From the NCBI GenBank assembly GCA_943788175.1, contig CALSPG010000007.1, positions 128,001 to 192,000 of the forward strand: a stretch of 64,000 nt of DNA, written 5' to 3'. The position numbers and the translations under genes are program-made. Origin of the DNA: an uncultured bacterium (GTDB lineage Bacteria; Fidelibacterota; Marinisomatia; Marinisomatales; UBA1611). The notes below the pieces were generated by a model. That model did no database searches. It was not told the origin of the DNA and saw only the letters and a list, made by a program, of their open reading frames with translations. Positions 1 through 11,800 of this stretch are shown here, piece after piece; position 1 is the first letter of the stretch; each line of letters opens with the position of its first letter.

Positions 1-735
1 AGAATATATCCTGCTGTACACTATACTATGGGGGGTCTATGGGTTGATTATAACTTAATGACATCAGTTCCGGGTTTATACTCAATAGGAGAATCTAATT
101 TTTCTGATCATGGTGCAAACAGATTGGGTGCGTCAGCTTTGATGCAAGGCCTGGCAGATGGTTACTTTGTTTTACCTTATACAATTGGAGAGTTTCTATC
201 TAAAGACATAAGAACAGAGAGAATTTCCACTGAAGATGAACATTTTGTTAAAGCTGAAAAAAAAGCTAGAAAAAGAAACGAAACACTACTAGAAATTAAG
301 GGGACAAAAAGTGTAGAAAGTTTGCACAGAGAATTAGGTAAGATTATGTGGGACAATTGTGGAATGTCCAGAAATGAAAAAGATTTAAAAAACGCATTAG
401 TCCAGATTAAAGATTTAAAAAATAGTTTTTGGAGTGATGTATTTGTTCCTGGTTCTGATAACGAGCTTAACACTGAACTTGAAAAAGCTGGTAGAGTAGC
501 AGATTTCATTGAATTAGGTGAACTCATGATATATGATGCTCTTGATAGAAATGAATCATGTGGTGGTCACTTTCGCGAAGAATATCAAACTGAGGAAGGA
601 GAAGCTTTTAGAGATGATGAAAATTATACATACGTTTCTGCCTGGGAATTCAAAGGAAAAGATAAAGAGCCTAAATTGCACAAAGAAGATTTAGATTATA
701 AAGAGGTAACCCCAACCCAGAGGAGTTATAAGTAA
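1..735 (+). CDS. sdhA: Succinate dehydrogenase/fumarate reductase flavoprotein subunit, 5'-truncated by the window edge
   Basis: Frame is open from base 1 ([12 protein letters not shown]); motifs [18 protein letters not shown] and [12 protein letters not shown]. Confidence 0.95.
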   Translation, partial: RIYPAVHYTMGGLWVDYNLMTSVPGLYSIGESNFSDHGANRLGASALMQGLADGYFVLPYTIGEFLSKDIRTERISTEDEHFVKAEKKARKRNETLLEIKGTKSVESLHRELGKIMWDNCGMSRNEKDLKNALVQIKDLKNSFWSDVFVPGSDNELNTELEKAGRVADFIELGELMIYDALDRNESCGGHFREEYQTEEGEAFRDDENYTYVSAWEFKGKDKEPKLHKEDLDYKEVTPTQRSYK

Positions 736-1488
736 GTGGAAAATTTTTCAATTAAATTAAAAGTCTGGCGTCAAAAAAATAATAAAACTCAAGGAAAATT
801 TGTCGATTATGATATTGATGATTTAAATGAGCACATGTCATTTTTAGAGATGTTAGATGTTTTGAATGAACGATTGATTTCTTCTCGAGAAGAACCCATT
901 GCTTTTGAGCATGACTGTAGAGAGGGAATCTGTGGTAGTTGTTCTATGGTCATTAACGGCAAACCTCATGGGCCGCTTAAAGGAACAACAACATGTCAAT
1001 TGCACATGTATCATTTTAATGATGGCGATAACATAACGATAGAGCCTTGGCGCGCAAAATCATTCCCAGTAATTAAAGATTTAGTTGTCGATAGGACGCC
1101 TTTTGATAGAATTATACAATCAGGTGGTTATATTTCTGTAAATACTGGTAGCGCACCAGATGGAAATGCGATACCTATATCTCAAGAAGATGCCTTGTAT
1201 GCTTTTGATGCAGCTGCTTGTATAGGTTGTGGTGCATGTGTAGCCGCTTGTAAAAACGCATCGGCAAGTTTATTTGTTTCTGCTAAAATTTCACAATTAG
1301 CATCTTTACCTCAAGGGCAACCTGAAAGAGATAAGAGGGTTGTCGCTATGGTAGATCAAATGGAAGTAGAAGGATTTGGTCACTGTACTAATACTGGGGC
1401 ATGTGAAGCAGAGTGCCCAAAAGAAATCTCACAAGAATATATTAGAAAAATGAACTGGGAATATCACAGAGCTAACATCAAGGGCTAG
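736..1488 (+). CDS. sdhB: Succinate dehydrogenase/fumarate reductase iron-sulfur subunit
   Basis: GTG start directly after the sdhA stop; Cys clusters [32 protein letters not shown]. Confidence 0.95.
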   Translation: MENFSIKLKVWRQKNNKTQGKFVDYDIDDLNEHMSFLEMLDVLNERLISSREEPIAFEHDCREGICGSCSMVINGKPHGPLKGTTTCQLHMYHFNDGDNITIEPWRAKSFPVIKDLVVDRTPFDRIIQSGGYISVNTGSAPDGNAIPISQEDALYAFDAAACIGCGACVAACKNASASLFVSAKISQLASLPQGQPERDKRVVAMVDQMEVEGFGHCTNTGACEAECPKEISQEYIRKMNWEYHRANIKG

Positions 1489-1498
1489 CTAATAAATT

Positions 1499-2113
1499 TT
1501 ATTTTAATCTGAAGTTTACTGGGATTGATATCCAAACACCGACTGCTCTTTCTCTTTGCTTTGCGGGTCTAAATCTTGTCTTTCTTATTGCGTCCATTGC
1601 GGCTTCATCTAGTCCTGTGTTCGGTATTCCTTTTAAAATTATTGTCTCTTTTACTCGTCCTCTATCATCTATAAAAGCCTGCACAACAACAACGCCTTCA
1701 ATACCTGCTTCTTGTGCTATCTCAGGGTATATTGGCCTTATTGCACTTATAGGCTTTGGCGGATCGTCATAAGGAATAAACTTTACTTTAGGTCCGCTAG
1801 GAGCTGGAGGAGCATCCCAAGCTTCAAAATCATCAAAATCTAAATCATCCAATGTCACATCATCTGCAATATCTTCATCGTCTGTAGGAACAGGGATTGA
1901 TGGTCTAGCTGGAGGCGGAGTATTATCGATTTGTTGTGTCTGTGGGATGTCTATATTTTCAATGGAAATTTGTTCTACGTTTCCAAACTCCGATTTAGAA
2001 ATAAACCTAGGAAATATTAAAAACATAAAAACTAGACTAAATATTCCACAAAGACCAGCGACTCTTACTACGATAGGGTATTTGCCTTTAAGTGGGTTTG
2101 TATTCAGCTTCAT
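1499..2113 (-). CDS. tonB: Energy transducer TonB
   Basis: N-terminal TM helix, Pro/acidic linker, TonB C-terminal domain YPEIAQEAGIEGVVVVQAFID...RFRPAKQ...IPVNFRL. Confidence 0.9.
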   Translation of the reverse strand: MKLNTNPLKGKYPIVVRVAGLCGIFSLVFMFLIFPRFISKSEFGNVEQISIENIDIPQTQQIDNTPPPARPSIPVPTDDEDIADDVTLDDLDFDDFEAWDAPPAPSGPKVKFIPYDDPPKPISAIRPIYPEIAQEAGIEGVVVVQAFIDDRGRVKETIILKGIPNTGLDEAAMDAIRKTRFRPAKQRERAVGVWISIPVNFRLK

Positions 2114-2523
2114 TAACGAACGAGTGTTTTTGTAGAGTAGTTAAGTTTTAAAGCATCAGCTTCGCGTAATTCTTCATGAATAGATGATATAAGTTCCATT
2201 TTTGCCTCTTCATCAGCTTTTAACGATACAATTAGCTGTGGGTCGGAGACCCTTTTTTCATACATTATTTTTGCTACATCTTGAACGGCAAACAACCTAT
2301 CGTTTATTGAAACTAATCCTTCTTTAGATATCCAAATATGAGCAGTATGTCGTTTCCCTTTTAATTTTTCGATTTTTTCTGCTTTTGGAATATTTACGGG
2401 TAAACCAGAGTACTCACGCAAAACGGTTGTTACCATAAAAAATATTAGAAGCATGAAAATAATATCAGGCATTGAAGAAGTTGGTATCTCACTTGAGATT
2501 TTTGTTTTTCTTGAAAAATTCAT
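2113..2523 (-). CDS. exbD: Biopolymer transport protein ExbD/TolR
   Basis: SSMPDIIFMLLIFFMV TM motif with the conserved Asp; LKAD motif. Confidence 0.9.
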   Translation of the reverse strand: MNFSRKTKISSEIPTSSMPDIIFMLLIFFMVTTVLREYSGLPVNIPKAEKIEKLKGKRHTAHIWISKEGLVSINDRLFAVQDVAKIMYEKRVSDPQLIVSLKADEEAKMELISSIHEELREADALKLNYSTKTLVR

Positions 2524-2921
2524 TAGTTCGAGTTAGCTATAGATATCTTTTTTGCATTAGCAATTTTTAGTTGGTCAAGAACGCGTATATAATCGCTGTA
2601 GTCTGTTTTTGGATGTGCTTTAACCGAAACAATTAATAGCGGATTTTTTGCTAATCTTTTTTTAACTATTCTTCCAATTTGTTCAACGTTGGTAGGTTCT
2701 TCATCAAGGAGAACTTTACCCTGAGAGTTAATTAGGCAGTTTATTATATTCTTTTTTTGAATTTCGATTTCTACATCGCCTGCTGGAGGTAGGACTATTC
2801 CAAGACCTTTATCAGTGTCTATTGTAGTTGTAACTAGGAAAAAAACGAGTAACAAAAAGGCAATGTCTGCCATAGAACCCGTTGGGATTTCCCCACCCTT
2901 AAATCGACGATTTCTAATCAT
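2523..2921 (-). CDS. exbD: Biopolymer transport protein ExbD/TolR (second copy)
   Basis: GSMADIAFLLLVFFLVTTT TM motif. Confidence 0.9.
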   Translation of the reverse strand: MIRNRRFKGGEIPTGSMADIAFLLLVFFLVTTTIDTDKGLGIVLPPAGDVEIEIQKKNIINCLINSQGKVLLDEEPTNVEQIGRIVKKRLAKNPLLIVSVKAHPKTDYSDYIRVLDQLKIANAKKISIANSN

Positions 2922-2931
2922 TTAATAAGAA

Positions 2932-3537
2932 TTATTTTGTGTTCTGTAGGTACTCAACAATCTTAATGGACTGTTCTTCCATATCTAAAATAAGCTTATC
3001 AATCATGGATACAAAAAAGTTTTGAGAAACTTGCATTATCATCGCAACAATTAATCCAAAGGCAGTAGTCAAAAGCGCTTGGGATATACCTCCTGCAACT
3101 ACTGCTGGAGAGATATCATTCGCCATTTTAATATCTTCAAATGCTTTAATCATTCCAACAACTGTTCCGGTAAATCCAAGCATTGGAGCAATGGTTATAA
3201 CAGAATTAATCCAGATCATGTTTTTCTCAAGAAATGCCATTTCAAGCCCACCAGCATTTTGGACAGCTTTTTCGATTTCTTCTTTTTGTTTACCCATTTT
3301 AGATAGGCCCGCGTAAAATATAGATGCAACAGGACCTGGTGCGCTTTCACAAAACTCTATTGCTTTTTCCTTACCAGAATCATCGTATGTCGTTTTTACA
3401 TCTTCAAAAAACTTATCAGTATCAGAACTTGAGTTAATTAGTGAATATGCTCTCTCGCCAACTACAGCAAGTCCAAAGAGTAGTGCGATGAGAATTGGCC
3501 ACATAAAACCACCACCTTGTACAAAAAAATCAACCAT
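2932..3537 (-). CDS. exbB: MotA/TolQ/ExbB proton channel protein
   Basis: IAPMLGFTGTVVGMI and GGISQALLTTAFGLIVA motifs; GGAGG RBS upstream. Confidence 0.92.
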   Translation of the reverse strand: MVDFFVQGGGFMWPILIALLFGLAVVGERAYSLINSSSDTDKFFEDVKTTYDDSGKEKAIEFCESAPGPVASIFYAGLSKMGKQKEEIEKAVQNAGGLEMAFLEKNMIWINSVITIAPMLGFTGTVVGMIKAFEDIKMANDISPAVVAGGISQALLTTAFGLIVAMIMQVSQNFFVSMIDKLILDMEEQSIKIVEYLQNTK

Positions 3538-3616
3538 GTAATACCTCCATTAATTATGAAACAATTTATTTTTTAAAAATCTATATAAGCAATTTAATTT
3601 ATAAACAGCTTATAAT

Positions 3617-5233
3617 TTAATTACGGTAACCCAAGAAAGCATCAGCTTCGTTAAAATATTTTAACGCTTCCGAAACTTGGTTATCTAGAAAAAGCCTGAT
3701 GCTCGCTGACTCATCTTTTCCCCAGATGGTACCAGCAATTTCACTTTTAATTCTATTATGTATGAAAGATTGATCAACTAGAAGAGAATCAGAATTAAAT
3801 GAAATCGAATCATTTTCTAAATAATCCAAAAATTGTGAATATATAGATTGGTTTACGTTCCAGGTTTTTTTAAAGTTTTTAAAATCCTTGTAACCTAAAT
3901 CGTTCTGGTTAGCATATGTTGAAGAAAAATTAAAAATAGGTCTTTCTGGGTTCCTTAAAAGTTTTTGAGTCGTTTTTGTTAATTTATTTTTGTAAGGAAC
4001 ATATTTATCGGGGGTTATTCCACCTCCACCATAAACAGTTCGTCCCTGTCTAGTCTGATATTTTGGTCTTAGTTTTTTTAAACTATCTAAAACAGACTCT
4101 CTATCGTTCGCATATAGTTCTTTGTAATATGTTAAGTCATGACCCTCTTCATAAGGGCGTTGTATTAGTCTCCCGCTAGGAGTAAAATATCTTGCCATTG
4201 TTATTCTTATTGCGGCACCGCCTTCCAAAGGGAGCTGTCTCTGAACTAATCCTTTCCCAAAACTAGTTTCTCCAATTATTAGTCCTCTATCAAGATCCTG
4301 GACTGCTCCAGAAACGATTTCACTAGCACTAGCGGAACCTCTGTTTATTAAGACAATTAAAGAAAAATCATTTCGTCCTTTCTGAGGGTCTGAAATAAAT
4401 GCTTGGTTTGAATCTGATATTTTCCCTTTAGTATAAACTAAAGTATCCCTTGTGGAAATAAACAAGTTAGAAACTGCTGCAGCTTGCTCCAGATACCCAC
4501 CACTATTACCCCGAAGATCAAATACTAGCTTTTTAAAATTTTGCTTATCCAATTTATCTATAGCTTTATTTACTTCATCAATAGTCGTTGCTGAAAACCT
4601 TCTCAATAATATGTATCCAGTTTCTTCATCGAGCATAGTGGCAGCCCCTACGCTGTATATTGGGATGTCATCTCTAATAATCGTAACATCAAAAGGTTCC
4701 TCAAGTCCTATGCGCTGAATAGTTATGTCTACTTTAGTGCCTTTCTTACCTCTTAGTTTTTTAACAACTTCATCTTTTGTTATTTTGTATGCATCATCCC
4801 CATTTATAGCAATAATTTTATCTCCAGATTGAAGACCTGCATAATCAGAAGGGCTGTCAGGGACTGGTGATATTACTGTTATATAGCCATGGAGTATATC
4901 AAATTCAATTCCTATTCCTTGAAAATTCCCTCTAAATAATTCGTCAATGTTTTCTTGATCTTTCGCTGGTATATAGGTTGAATGAGGATCTAATTCTTCC
5001 ATTAATCCATGGAATGCACCATCCATAATTTTATCCATGTCGACATCATCAAAATAAAAATGATCAACGTAAGAAATGATTTGTTGCATGACCATTATCT
5101 TATCTTTTAGGACTCTGTAGATGTTTTTATTTTTTGAATAAGCCTCTGGCATAAAAATTAATATTGCAAAAACGAAGCCAAATAGTGCAGATGTCACCAT
5201 AGGCCAGAGACGAGTGACTTTTTTTTCGGACAT
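3617..5233 (-). CDS. ctpA: Carboxyl-terminal processing protease (S41A, PDZ domain)
   Basis: LDPHSTY, GIGI (PDZ), DLRGNSGG, SASASEIVSGAVQD, SFGKGLVQ, RYFTPSGR. Confidence 0.92.
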   Translation of the reverse strand: MSEKKVTRLWPMVTSALFGFVFAILIFMPEAYSKNKNIYRVLKDKIMVMQQIISYVDHFYFDDVDMDKIMDGAFHGLMEELDPHSTYIPAKDQENIDELFRGNFQGIGIEFDILHGYITVISPVPDSPSDYAGLQSGDKIIAINGDDAYKITKDEVVKKLRGKKGTKVDITIQRIGLEEPFDVTIIRDDIPIYSVGAATMLDEETGYILLRRFSATTIDEVNKAIDKLDKQNFKKLVFDLRGNSGGYLEQAAAVSNLFISTRDTLVYTKGKISDSNQAFISDPQKGRNDFSLIVLINRGSASASEIVSGAVQDLDRGLIIGETSFGKGLVQRQLPLEGGAAIRITMARYFTPSGRLIQRPYEEGHDLTYYKELYANDRESVLDSLKKLRPKYQTRQGRTVYGGGGITPDKYVPYKNKLTKTTQKLLRNPERPIFNFSSTYANQNDLGYKDFKNFKKTWNVNQSIYSQFLDYLENDSISFNSDSLLVDQSFIHNRIKSEIAGTIWGKDESASIRLFLDNQVSEALKYFNEADAFLGYRN

Positions 5234-5259
5234 TATACTTAAAGAATAGTTTGAGGGAG

Positions 5260-6144
5260 CTATAGACCTAGATATAACATGGTTCTGAATGTTACACCTC
5301 TGAGAGTATATTCTTCTGAGTCTCCAATTAAATATCTACTATTAAGTTTCCAGCGACCTTGGCCTATAGTACCTTTATTAAATCCAGCACTAATTCTTAA
5401 GCCAACCCTGTCAAGAAGTTGCCATTTAACGGCAACGTACGGTTGAAAATTAAAAAATGTTCCGCTAAGGTCTGACATAACACCAGGAGCATTTGCAGCA
5501 TTAAAACCTGCAATAGGGGTTCCAGTATCATCTACAGCATAATAATACATCAGAGTAGAGTCAGTACCATCAGCATTTACTTCCCATTCTTTTGACCCGT
5601 AGGAAAAATCAAACATTTCGCCCCATTTAGGGTTAGCAGCATATTGATCGATAGATAAATTTAATCGTCCTAGTCCCATCATGGCTCCAGCAGAGATTTC
5701 AAGATCTTGAAAAACTGGCATTACGTATTCAATGGATGCGGCTCCTAAGGCAATGGTTATTTTAGCTTCAATTGATGGATTAAAATTTCCATCATAAGGC
5801 ACTTTGGTTTCATCTTGATATCCAGGCTCACCGGTATCTACATATAATTGAACATTAGTTACTGTACTAATACTTGAGCTGCCAACTCCAGCATAACTTC
5901 CGATTCTCCATTTTCCAGTCATGTGAGCGAACCCTTCTCCCCCATGCACCACAAAAGGGGTATCAAATTGATTAGAGTTTAACCCAAGGCTTTTTAGTAA
6001 GTCTGTAGCTGGGAATTTTTCGACATTTATATACATCGGACTATATCCGATGCCACCACCAAAAAAATCTGTAACTGGATATAAATCAAATTGACTATGT
6101 CCAGTAGATAGTAAAATTGTAATATATGTTAGTATTTTTTTCAC
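5260..6144 (-). CDS. Hypothetical exported protein, possible outer-membrane beta-barrel
   Basis: Likely GTG start at 6144 with GGAGAGG RBS; signal-peptide-like MKKILTYITILLSTGHSQ; Gly/aromatic alternating strands ending GVTFRTMLYLGL. Confidence 0.55.
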   Translation of the reverse strand: MKKILTYITILLSTGHSQFDLYPVTDFFGGGIGYSPMYINVEKFPATDLLKSLGLNSNQFDTPFVVHGGEGFAHMTGKWRIGSYAGVGSSSISTVTNVQLYVDTGEPGYQDETKVPYDGNFNPSIEAKITIALGAASIEYVMPVFQDLEISAGAMMGLGRLNLSIDQYAANPKWGEMFDFSYGSKEWEVNADGTDSTLMYYYAVDDTGTPIAGFNAANAPGVMSDLSGTFFNFQPYVAVKWQLLDRVGLRISAGFNKGTIGQGRWKLNSRYLIGDSEEYTLRGVTFRTMLYLGL

Positions 6145-6371
6145 AGTATAAGACCTCTCCGCACGTATTTGAAATCTAACCAATTTATGTACTATAGACT
6201 AAATACAAAAGGAATTATATATCAAATTTGATGTATAAAATGCCTAAACTAATTTTTGGGCTTTTTCTTGGAAAAAACGGTGCTTTAACCTATATTTTTT
6301 GCTAGAGTAAACGAGGTAAGGGAGTTTATTTCTATATTCTCCTGTGAAATAGACATGTTTTGACCTAAATA

Positions 6372-8828
6372 ATGGTCAACACAGAAAGTATAATTATGCG
6401 GAAAAATAATAATATTTTTGGTAACTCCGGGTATTTGCTAGTACTAGTTTTGTGCTACGAGTTTTTATCTGGCGGCCAACTAAATAGAACTAGTGGTCTC
6501 TACGATCTCGATGGTGATGGTCGTAAAGAGGTCCTTGTTATTAATAGCTCTGATAGAAGAGCATCATTGATCGAGTTTCAAGGTGAAGTGATAAGTGACA
6601 CTTTGTGGACCTTTATGCTACCGGTTGGAACTTACTTTACAGACGTTGCTGTATTAGACATTGATAAGAATGGGCAACCTGACTTAGTAGCAACTTCAAA
6701 AATTAATGCAGACAGTAATAATGATGGATGGTTATATGTATTTCAAGGGACACTAAGCGGTTTTTCAAATGAGCCACTTATTTCAGAATCATCTGGGCTC
6801 AAATTAAAAAATATTCGACCTCTTAACCTCTCAAAAGTTTATGGGCTGTCAAACTATCTTTCTGTGTCTTTTGGAACGCCAGTTCGAAAGACATTGATTT
6901 TTCAACCTCAAATACAAAATAATCGGTTAAATATTAAAAATCCTAAGATGCTTTCAGACCCTTTAATTCAAAATGGATATGGGCATATGTATTCTGGTGG
7001 ATTTAGTTCATACGGAGGTAATTATGTTGCACAATTTTCAGCGGAACTAAATACTTTAAAGGTCTCCGTTTTTAATTCGAATAATAATTTTAAGCATGTT
7101 AATACTGAAATTTTAAGCCTTGGTAAAGCTCGTGGTATTATTGGCGCGGAAGTACAGGCTTACAATAATTTGAAAAAAGGTGAAGAGGGCCTACTCATCC
7201 CTTTTAGAACCGGAGAGGTTAAAATTCTTAATTTTCAAAATGGTAAAATTAGTTTGGTAGACTCTGAATTTTCCCATGAAGAATTATTTTTAGAAATGGA
7301 AAACCCTAATAAATATGAGATCTTAGATTTAGTTAGCTCAAGAATTGAATCTGGATTTTACAATAAAACAATTACGAAAGATGATTACAGTCAGAATAGA
7401 AAAGATAAAAACGCTGGAATTAATAGAAAACCTATAGATGGGCCAACTTTAGTTGACTACCTTAATGAAGCTGGAATTGTTAAAAAGTCTAGATCTCAAG
7501 ATAAAGTTGACATTCCCAATCAAAGTGCAGATATGAATAGTAAAATATGGGCGGCAAAAGCTTCTGTAAAAGTAGAGCAAATAGATTCTACCTTATTATC
7601 ATTAACGGATTCTGTTTTTACAAACCCAATTCCAGATGAAGATAAAGAAATTGCTTTTCATAAGACTGTATTCGGGTCTTCTGACTCGGTTACTATTGCA
7701 GAAACTTGGGAAGACACACTACGAAACGTTTTAGTGCCTGAATCAATTAACATAACACAAGAAGATGAGGATGAAAAAAACATTGATCTTTACTATGTTA
7801 TGGCGATGACTCCATCAAAAGGGAGTCAAGACAGATATGTTTTTGATGGAGAGGCGCCATTTGGAATCAATGTAACACAAATTCCACCTATGGGTGAAGC
7901 AACACACTTTCAGCATAGTGTATCTGCAAATACGAATTTTTTACGTAGGGGTAACGATTATGACTTTGCTTATACTTTAAAAGAGCAAGTATCTGATAGT
8001 GTAACGACACTTACAATGGTTCATGATATGCAAACTAATATAATATTTATGTCGATTTCTCCTGAGGTTGATTCTATTTCTCAATCTTATCAACCAGAAG
8101 CATTTGATCCTAAATTATTTGAATTCCCTGATTATTTTTTCGAAGGGTTTCCTACTAGTTTGGGGATGGACTTTAAAGATAAACTTATAAAATTTTCATT
8201 TGATGATTCCGGAGATAGTGTTAATTATCAAGGTCTGTATTTATCCTCAACCACACCATCAACTCCATCTCAATCATTAGCTGTGTTTTTAAATGAGGGG
8301 ACACTTCAAGCAATTAGAGGTGAGGTAAAAGTTCGTGAAAATGGTTCAAAAAAAATAACTACTCAATTTGACATATCTGGATACTTACAGCCAGCAGCAA
8401 TGTTCTCCAGGCTTATTCAGGAAGAGTTTTCAGATTCGCTTAAAACAAACTTATTGCAAGGTGCTTATCTTGAAGAGCCTCTTTTTGGCCCAAATGGGAA
8501 GCTTCCGAAAGTATCTCATGAAAGAAGGCTCCCTGAGGCGCAATTTGACCAAAAAAATCCAAAAATTCCTGTAGATCCACTTAAAGGGATTTACCCTGAG
8601 GGTCAAGGAGTAACCACAAACTCTAAGGCGAAAACAGAGATTGCTGCACCCGATCCTCAAGGACCAGTTGATGTTCCAGCCTCTACAGACATAGAAACTT
8701 TATCTGATACTTTAAAAATGGAGAGTGCTAAAGTTGTACCAGATTCTCTAAACAGAATTAATATTGGCAACGACAATCTTCCTGAATCGGTAGACCCAGA
8801 CACTAATAATTCTGGAATTAAAAAATAA
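6372..8828 (+). CDS. Exported FG-GAP/VCBS-repeat protein with an unknown C-terminal region
   Basis: DLDGDGRKE and DIDKNGQPDL Ca-binding repeats after a hydrophobic N-terminus; the start may be the ATG at 6396. Confidence 0.65.
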   Translation: MVNTESIIMRKNNNIFGNSGYLLVLVLCYEFLSGGQLNRTSGLYDLDGDGRKEVLVINSSDRRASLIEFQGEVISDTLWTFMLPVGTYFTDVAVLDIDKNGQPDLVATSKINADSNNDGWLYVFQGTLSGFSNEPLISESSGLKLKNIRPLNLSKVYGLSNYLSVSFGTPVRKTLIFQPQIQNNRLNIKNPKMLSDPLIQNGYGHMYSGGFSSYGGNYVAQFSAELNTLKVSVFNSNNNFKHVNTEILSLGKARGIIGAEVQAYNNLKKGEEGLLIPFRTGEVKILNFQNGKISLVDSEFSHEELFLEMENPNKYEILDLVSSRIESGFYNKTITKDDYSQNRKDKNAGINRKPIDGPTLVDYLNEAGIVKKSRSQDKVDIPNQSADMNSKIWAAKASVKVEQIDSTLLSLTDSVFTNPIPDEDKEIAFHKTVFGSSDSVTIAETWEDTLRNVLVPESINITQEDEDEKNIDLYYVMAMTPSKGSQDRYVFDGEAPFGINVTQIPPMGEATHFQHSVSANTNFLRRGNDYDFAYTLKEQVSDSVTTLTMVHDMQTNIIFMSISPEVDSISQSYQPEAFDPKLFEFPDYFFEGFPTSLGMDFKDKLIKFSFDDSGDSVNYQGLYLSSTTPSTPSQSLAVFLNEGTLQAIRGEVKVRENGSKKITTQFDISGYLQPAAMFSRLIQEEFSDSLKTNLLQGAYLEEPLFGPNGKLPKVSHERRLPEAQFDQKNPKIPVDPLKGIYPEGQGVTTNSKAKTEIAAPDPQGPVDVPASTDIETLSDTLKMESAKVVPDSLNRINIGNDNLPESVDPDTNNSGIKK

Positions 8829-8841
8829 ATATTTTTGTAAA

Positions 8842-11800
8842 ATGAATAGTACTTTTCAAAAAATAAAAAAACTAGTTCTAGTTGTTAGCTTTTTTAGTTT
8901 GACCCTTTCTCAAAAAATTGTTCATATGGATGGTTCATTTGACTTAGATGGGGACAATCTATTAGAATTTATATCATTGGAATTAAACCCTGATAAAAAT
9001 GTGTTTCCAACGATGGTTAAATACAATGAGATAGATAGGGATGGGTACCAAACAGCTATTTGGGAGTTTGATGCCCCTAAAGAATTAGATGGTTATTTTG
9101 TAGATGCAAAAATAGGTGATTTAGATGGTGACGGAATACCAGACTTAATAATCGTCATGAATCTATCTAGGTTTGGCACTAACTCTACTCCTCATGTTTT
9201 TGTAGCTGTATATAGCTGGGAGGGAGATTCATTTTCGGAGTTGCCTTCAGTCACATTAGATATTGGTAAACAGGATAGATCATTAAGGTGTAATAATTTT
9301 TCAATGTTAGACCAAGATGCCGATGGTGATCAAGAACTAGTTTTATCATTGGGAAGTCCTTACAGAGGATTTGCATTCTTAGATTTAGATAATCAAGGAA
9401 GGTTGGTAATAACAAAAAAAATTAGACCAGATGAATTACTCGTTGGCTCAGGGTTGCTGTACTCCGCAATTGTTGATTATGATAATGACGGTTATGAAGA
9501 TTTATTAGCTATTAGTCCTGAAGGCAATACAATCAAGGCGCAGCCTTTTTACAATATTGGAGGTATTTTTGATTCAGGTCCTCTGATTAGAAAAAACTTT
9601 AATGGGATCAGCGGTATTTTACATAATTCTTTTCAACTTACTGATTGGGATGCTGATGGATTTAAAGATGTATTAGCATCATTTAGATCCGGAGATATAA
9701 TTGCGCTAACTCTCACTCCAGCTACATTGGTTATTGAAAGGGTACCAGTACAACCGGGACCCTTAACCCAAATTGAAATTGCAGACTTTAACCAAGACTC
9801 TTACAAAGACTTACTAATGCTTTCAGCGGATATTAACGCTTTAACAATGGTTTCAGGCGAAGATGGTGGAATGGAAAGTATTCGAAATGTTATGTCAAAA
9901 GTGCCAGAAGAGATGCAAATATTTTCAATGTTGCCCCTCACTAAATTAGGGAAGTACACAGGAAATGTAATTGTTTCTGGATGGAATGGTAACGAAAATT
10001 CTATATATATTTTAGACTTTGGTAAAAAATCAGCAGAATATGACCAAGGGTTTTTATTAAGCACTGATTTTATTTCGGAGCAGTTACCTGATTTACTTTC
10101 TAATATCGAAGATGTTCAGCCGGAAGTACCAGAAATATACGTAGAAGTAATACCTGAGCAATTTCCTCAACTTCCTCAGCCAGAAAAAGAAGTTATTACA
10201 GAAATGGGCGAACAAAGAATTGCTAGTGTTCCAAAAGCATTGGACCCATCTGTTGTTGAAGGAGATGTCCTAAAAGAACAGCCAAAATCTGTTCCGCCTA
10301 AAAAAGTTATTCGAACTCTTGAAAGTCCTAAAAGTCTTAAAGAGGAAGAGATGATAGGGCAGCGCTTGCCTAAACATGTTTTGCCCCAATATATATTGAC
10401 ACTAAATCAGCCTTTTGAATATATGCTTTTGAGAGATACTTCAGAGTCTTTTCACAGTTTTAGATGGCAAATCTCTCCTCCAAAAGGAATGTTTTTTCAT
10501 TATGAAAGTCAAACAATTAGATGGGTGCCAAACCAAGAACAATTAGATGCTTTTCCAGTTTCTTATTTAGTTAGAGTAAAAGTTGATGAGATAATGGAAT
10601 CATTGTCCTCATCAGATAGTAAAAACCAAGAATATAAAACTGTCCCAGTATTAGAGAGCAGAGATGAACAAGTTTGGATTTACGTTAATGACCCACCGCG
10701 TTTTTTAACTCAGCCTCTTGGAACTGAATTTGTTGCTGGGGGTTCATTCCAATATGAACCAATTGTTCGAGATAGAAATAAAGATGCATCCTTACAATTC
10801 TTTTTAGAAATTGCACCTCCAGGTATGACGATAAATGACGGAGTTTTATACTGGAAATCTGATAGCATCAATGCAGAACAATATGACGTTAGATTAGTTG
10901 TCTCTGATGGGTTTGAGAGAGATGTTCAAGAATTCCAATTATCTGCAAGGTCTGGAATTAGAATATTATCGAAAGCACCCGTAATTGCAACTGTTGGCGA
11001 AAAATATGATTATGATGTTAAAGTCTGGAGGCAGAGAACTAGTCAAGAAGCTAATTATAAACTATTCTTTGGACCTAGTGGAATGAGGGTTGATAAAAAT
11101 TCTGGATTACTTACCTGGGTCCCAAATGAAACACAAATAGATACTGTTGAATACGCATTGGTCTCTACCCACGGCGTTGCTTCAGATACGCAGTTTGTAA
11201 AGGTATTTGTTAATCATCCACCTATTATTCAAGCAGCACCTGCACCAATGACAAAAGTCAATGTAGGTGCAATTTGGGATTTTGATTTAAAGGTACAAGA
11301 CCCCAACATAGGTGATAAATTAATTTATACAGCCCATGTCCTTCCAGATGGAATGCGAATGGATGCATATTCAGGACGATTACATTGGGAACCTTCTACA
11401 GCTCAAGTTGATTTTCACAAGTTGAGAATTGAAGTTTCTGATGGGTATCTTAGTAAGTTTATAGAATCAGAGTTTTTTGTGAATGCACCAATAAAGATTG
11501 TTTCTGTGCCAACGATGACAGCAACGGTTGGAGATGAGTACAGTTACAAATTAATAACTGTTGATAGGAATAAAGGAGCTTTACTTCCTTTTGATAAAGT
11601 TGTAAAAGTTGAAGATGTAAGTAACACAAAGATTTATAGTATAAACATATCTGATGATGTAGTTATTCAAAACATCGACAGATTTTTAGGAGATTGGTAT
11701 AATGCAAAAGAAGTATACTATGTGAACCCTAAATATCCTGCTGATACTTTGGTGTCAAGAGTTAACCTTAAAAGATACGTTCAAGCAGTATTTTACGAAG

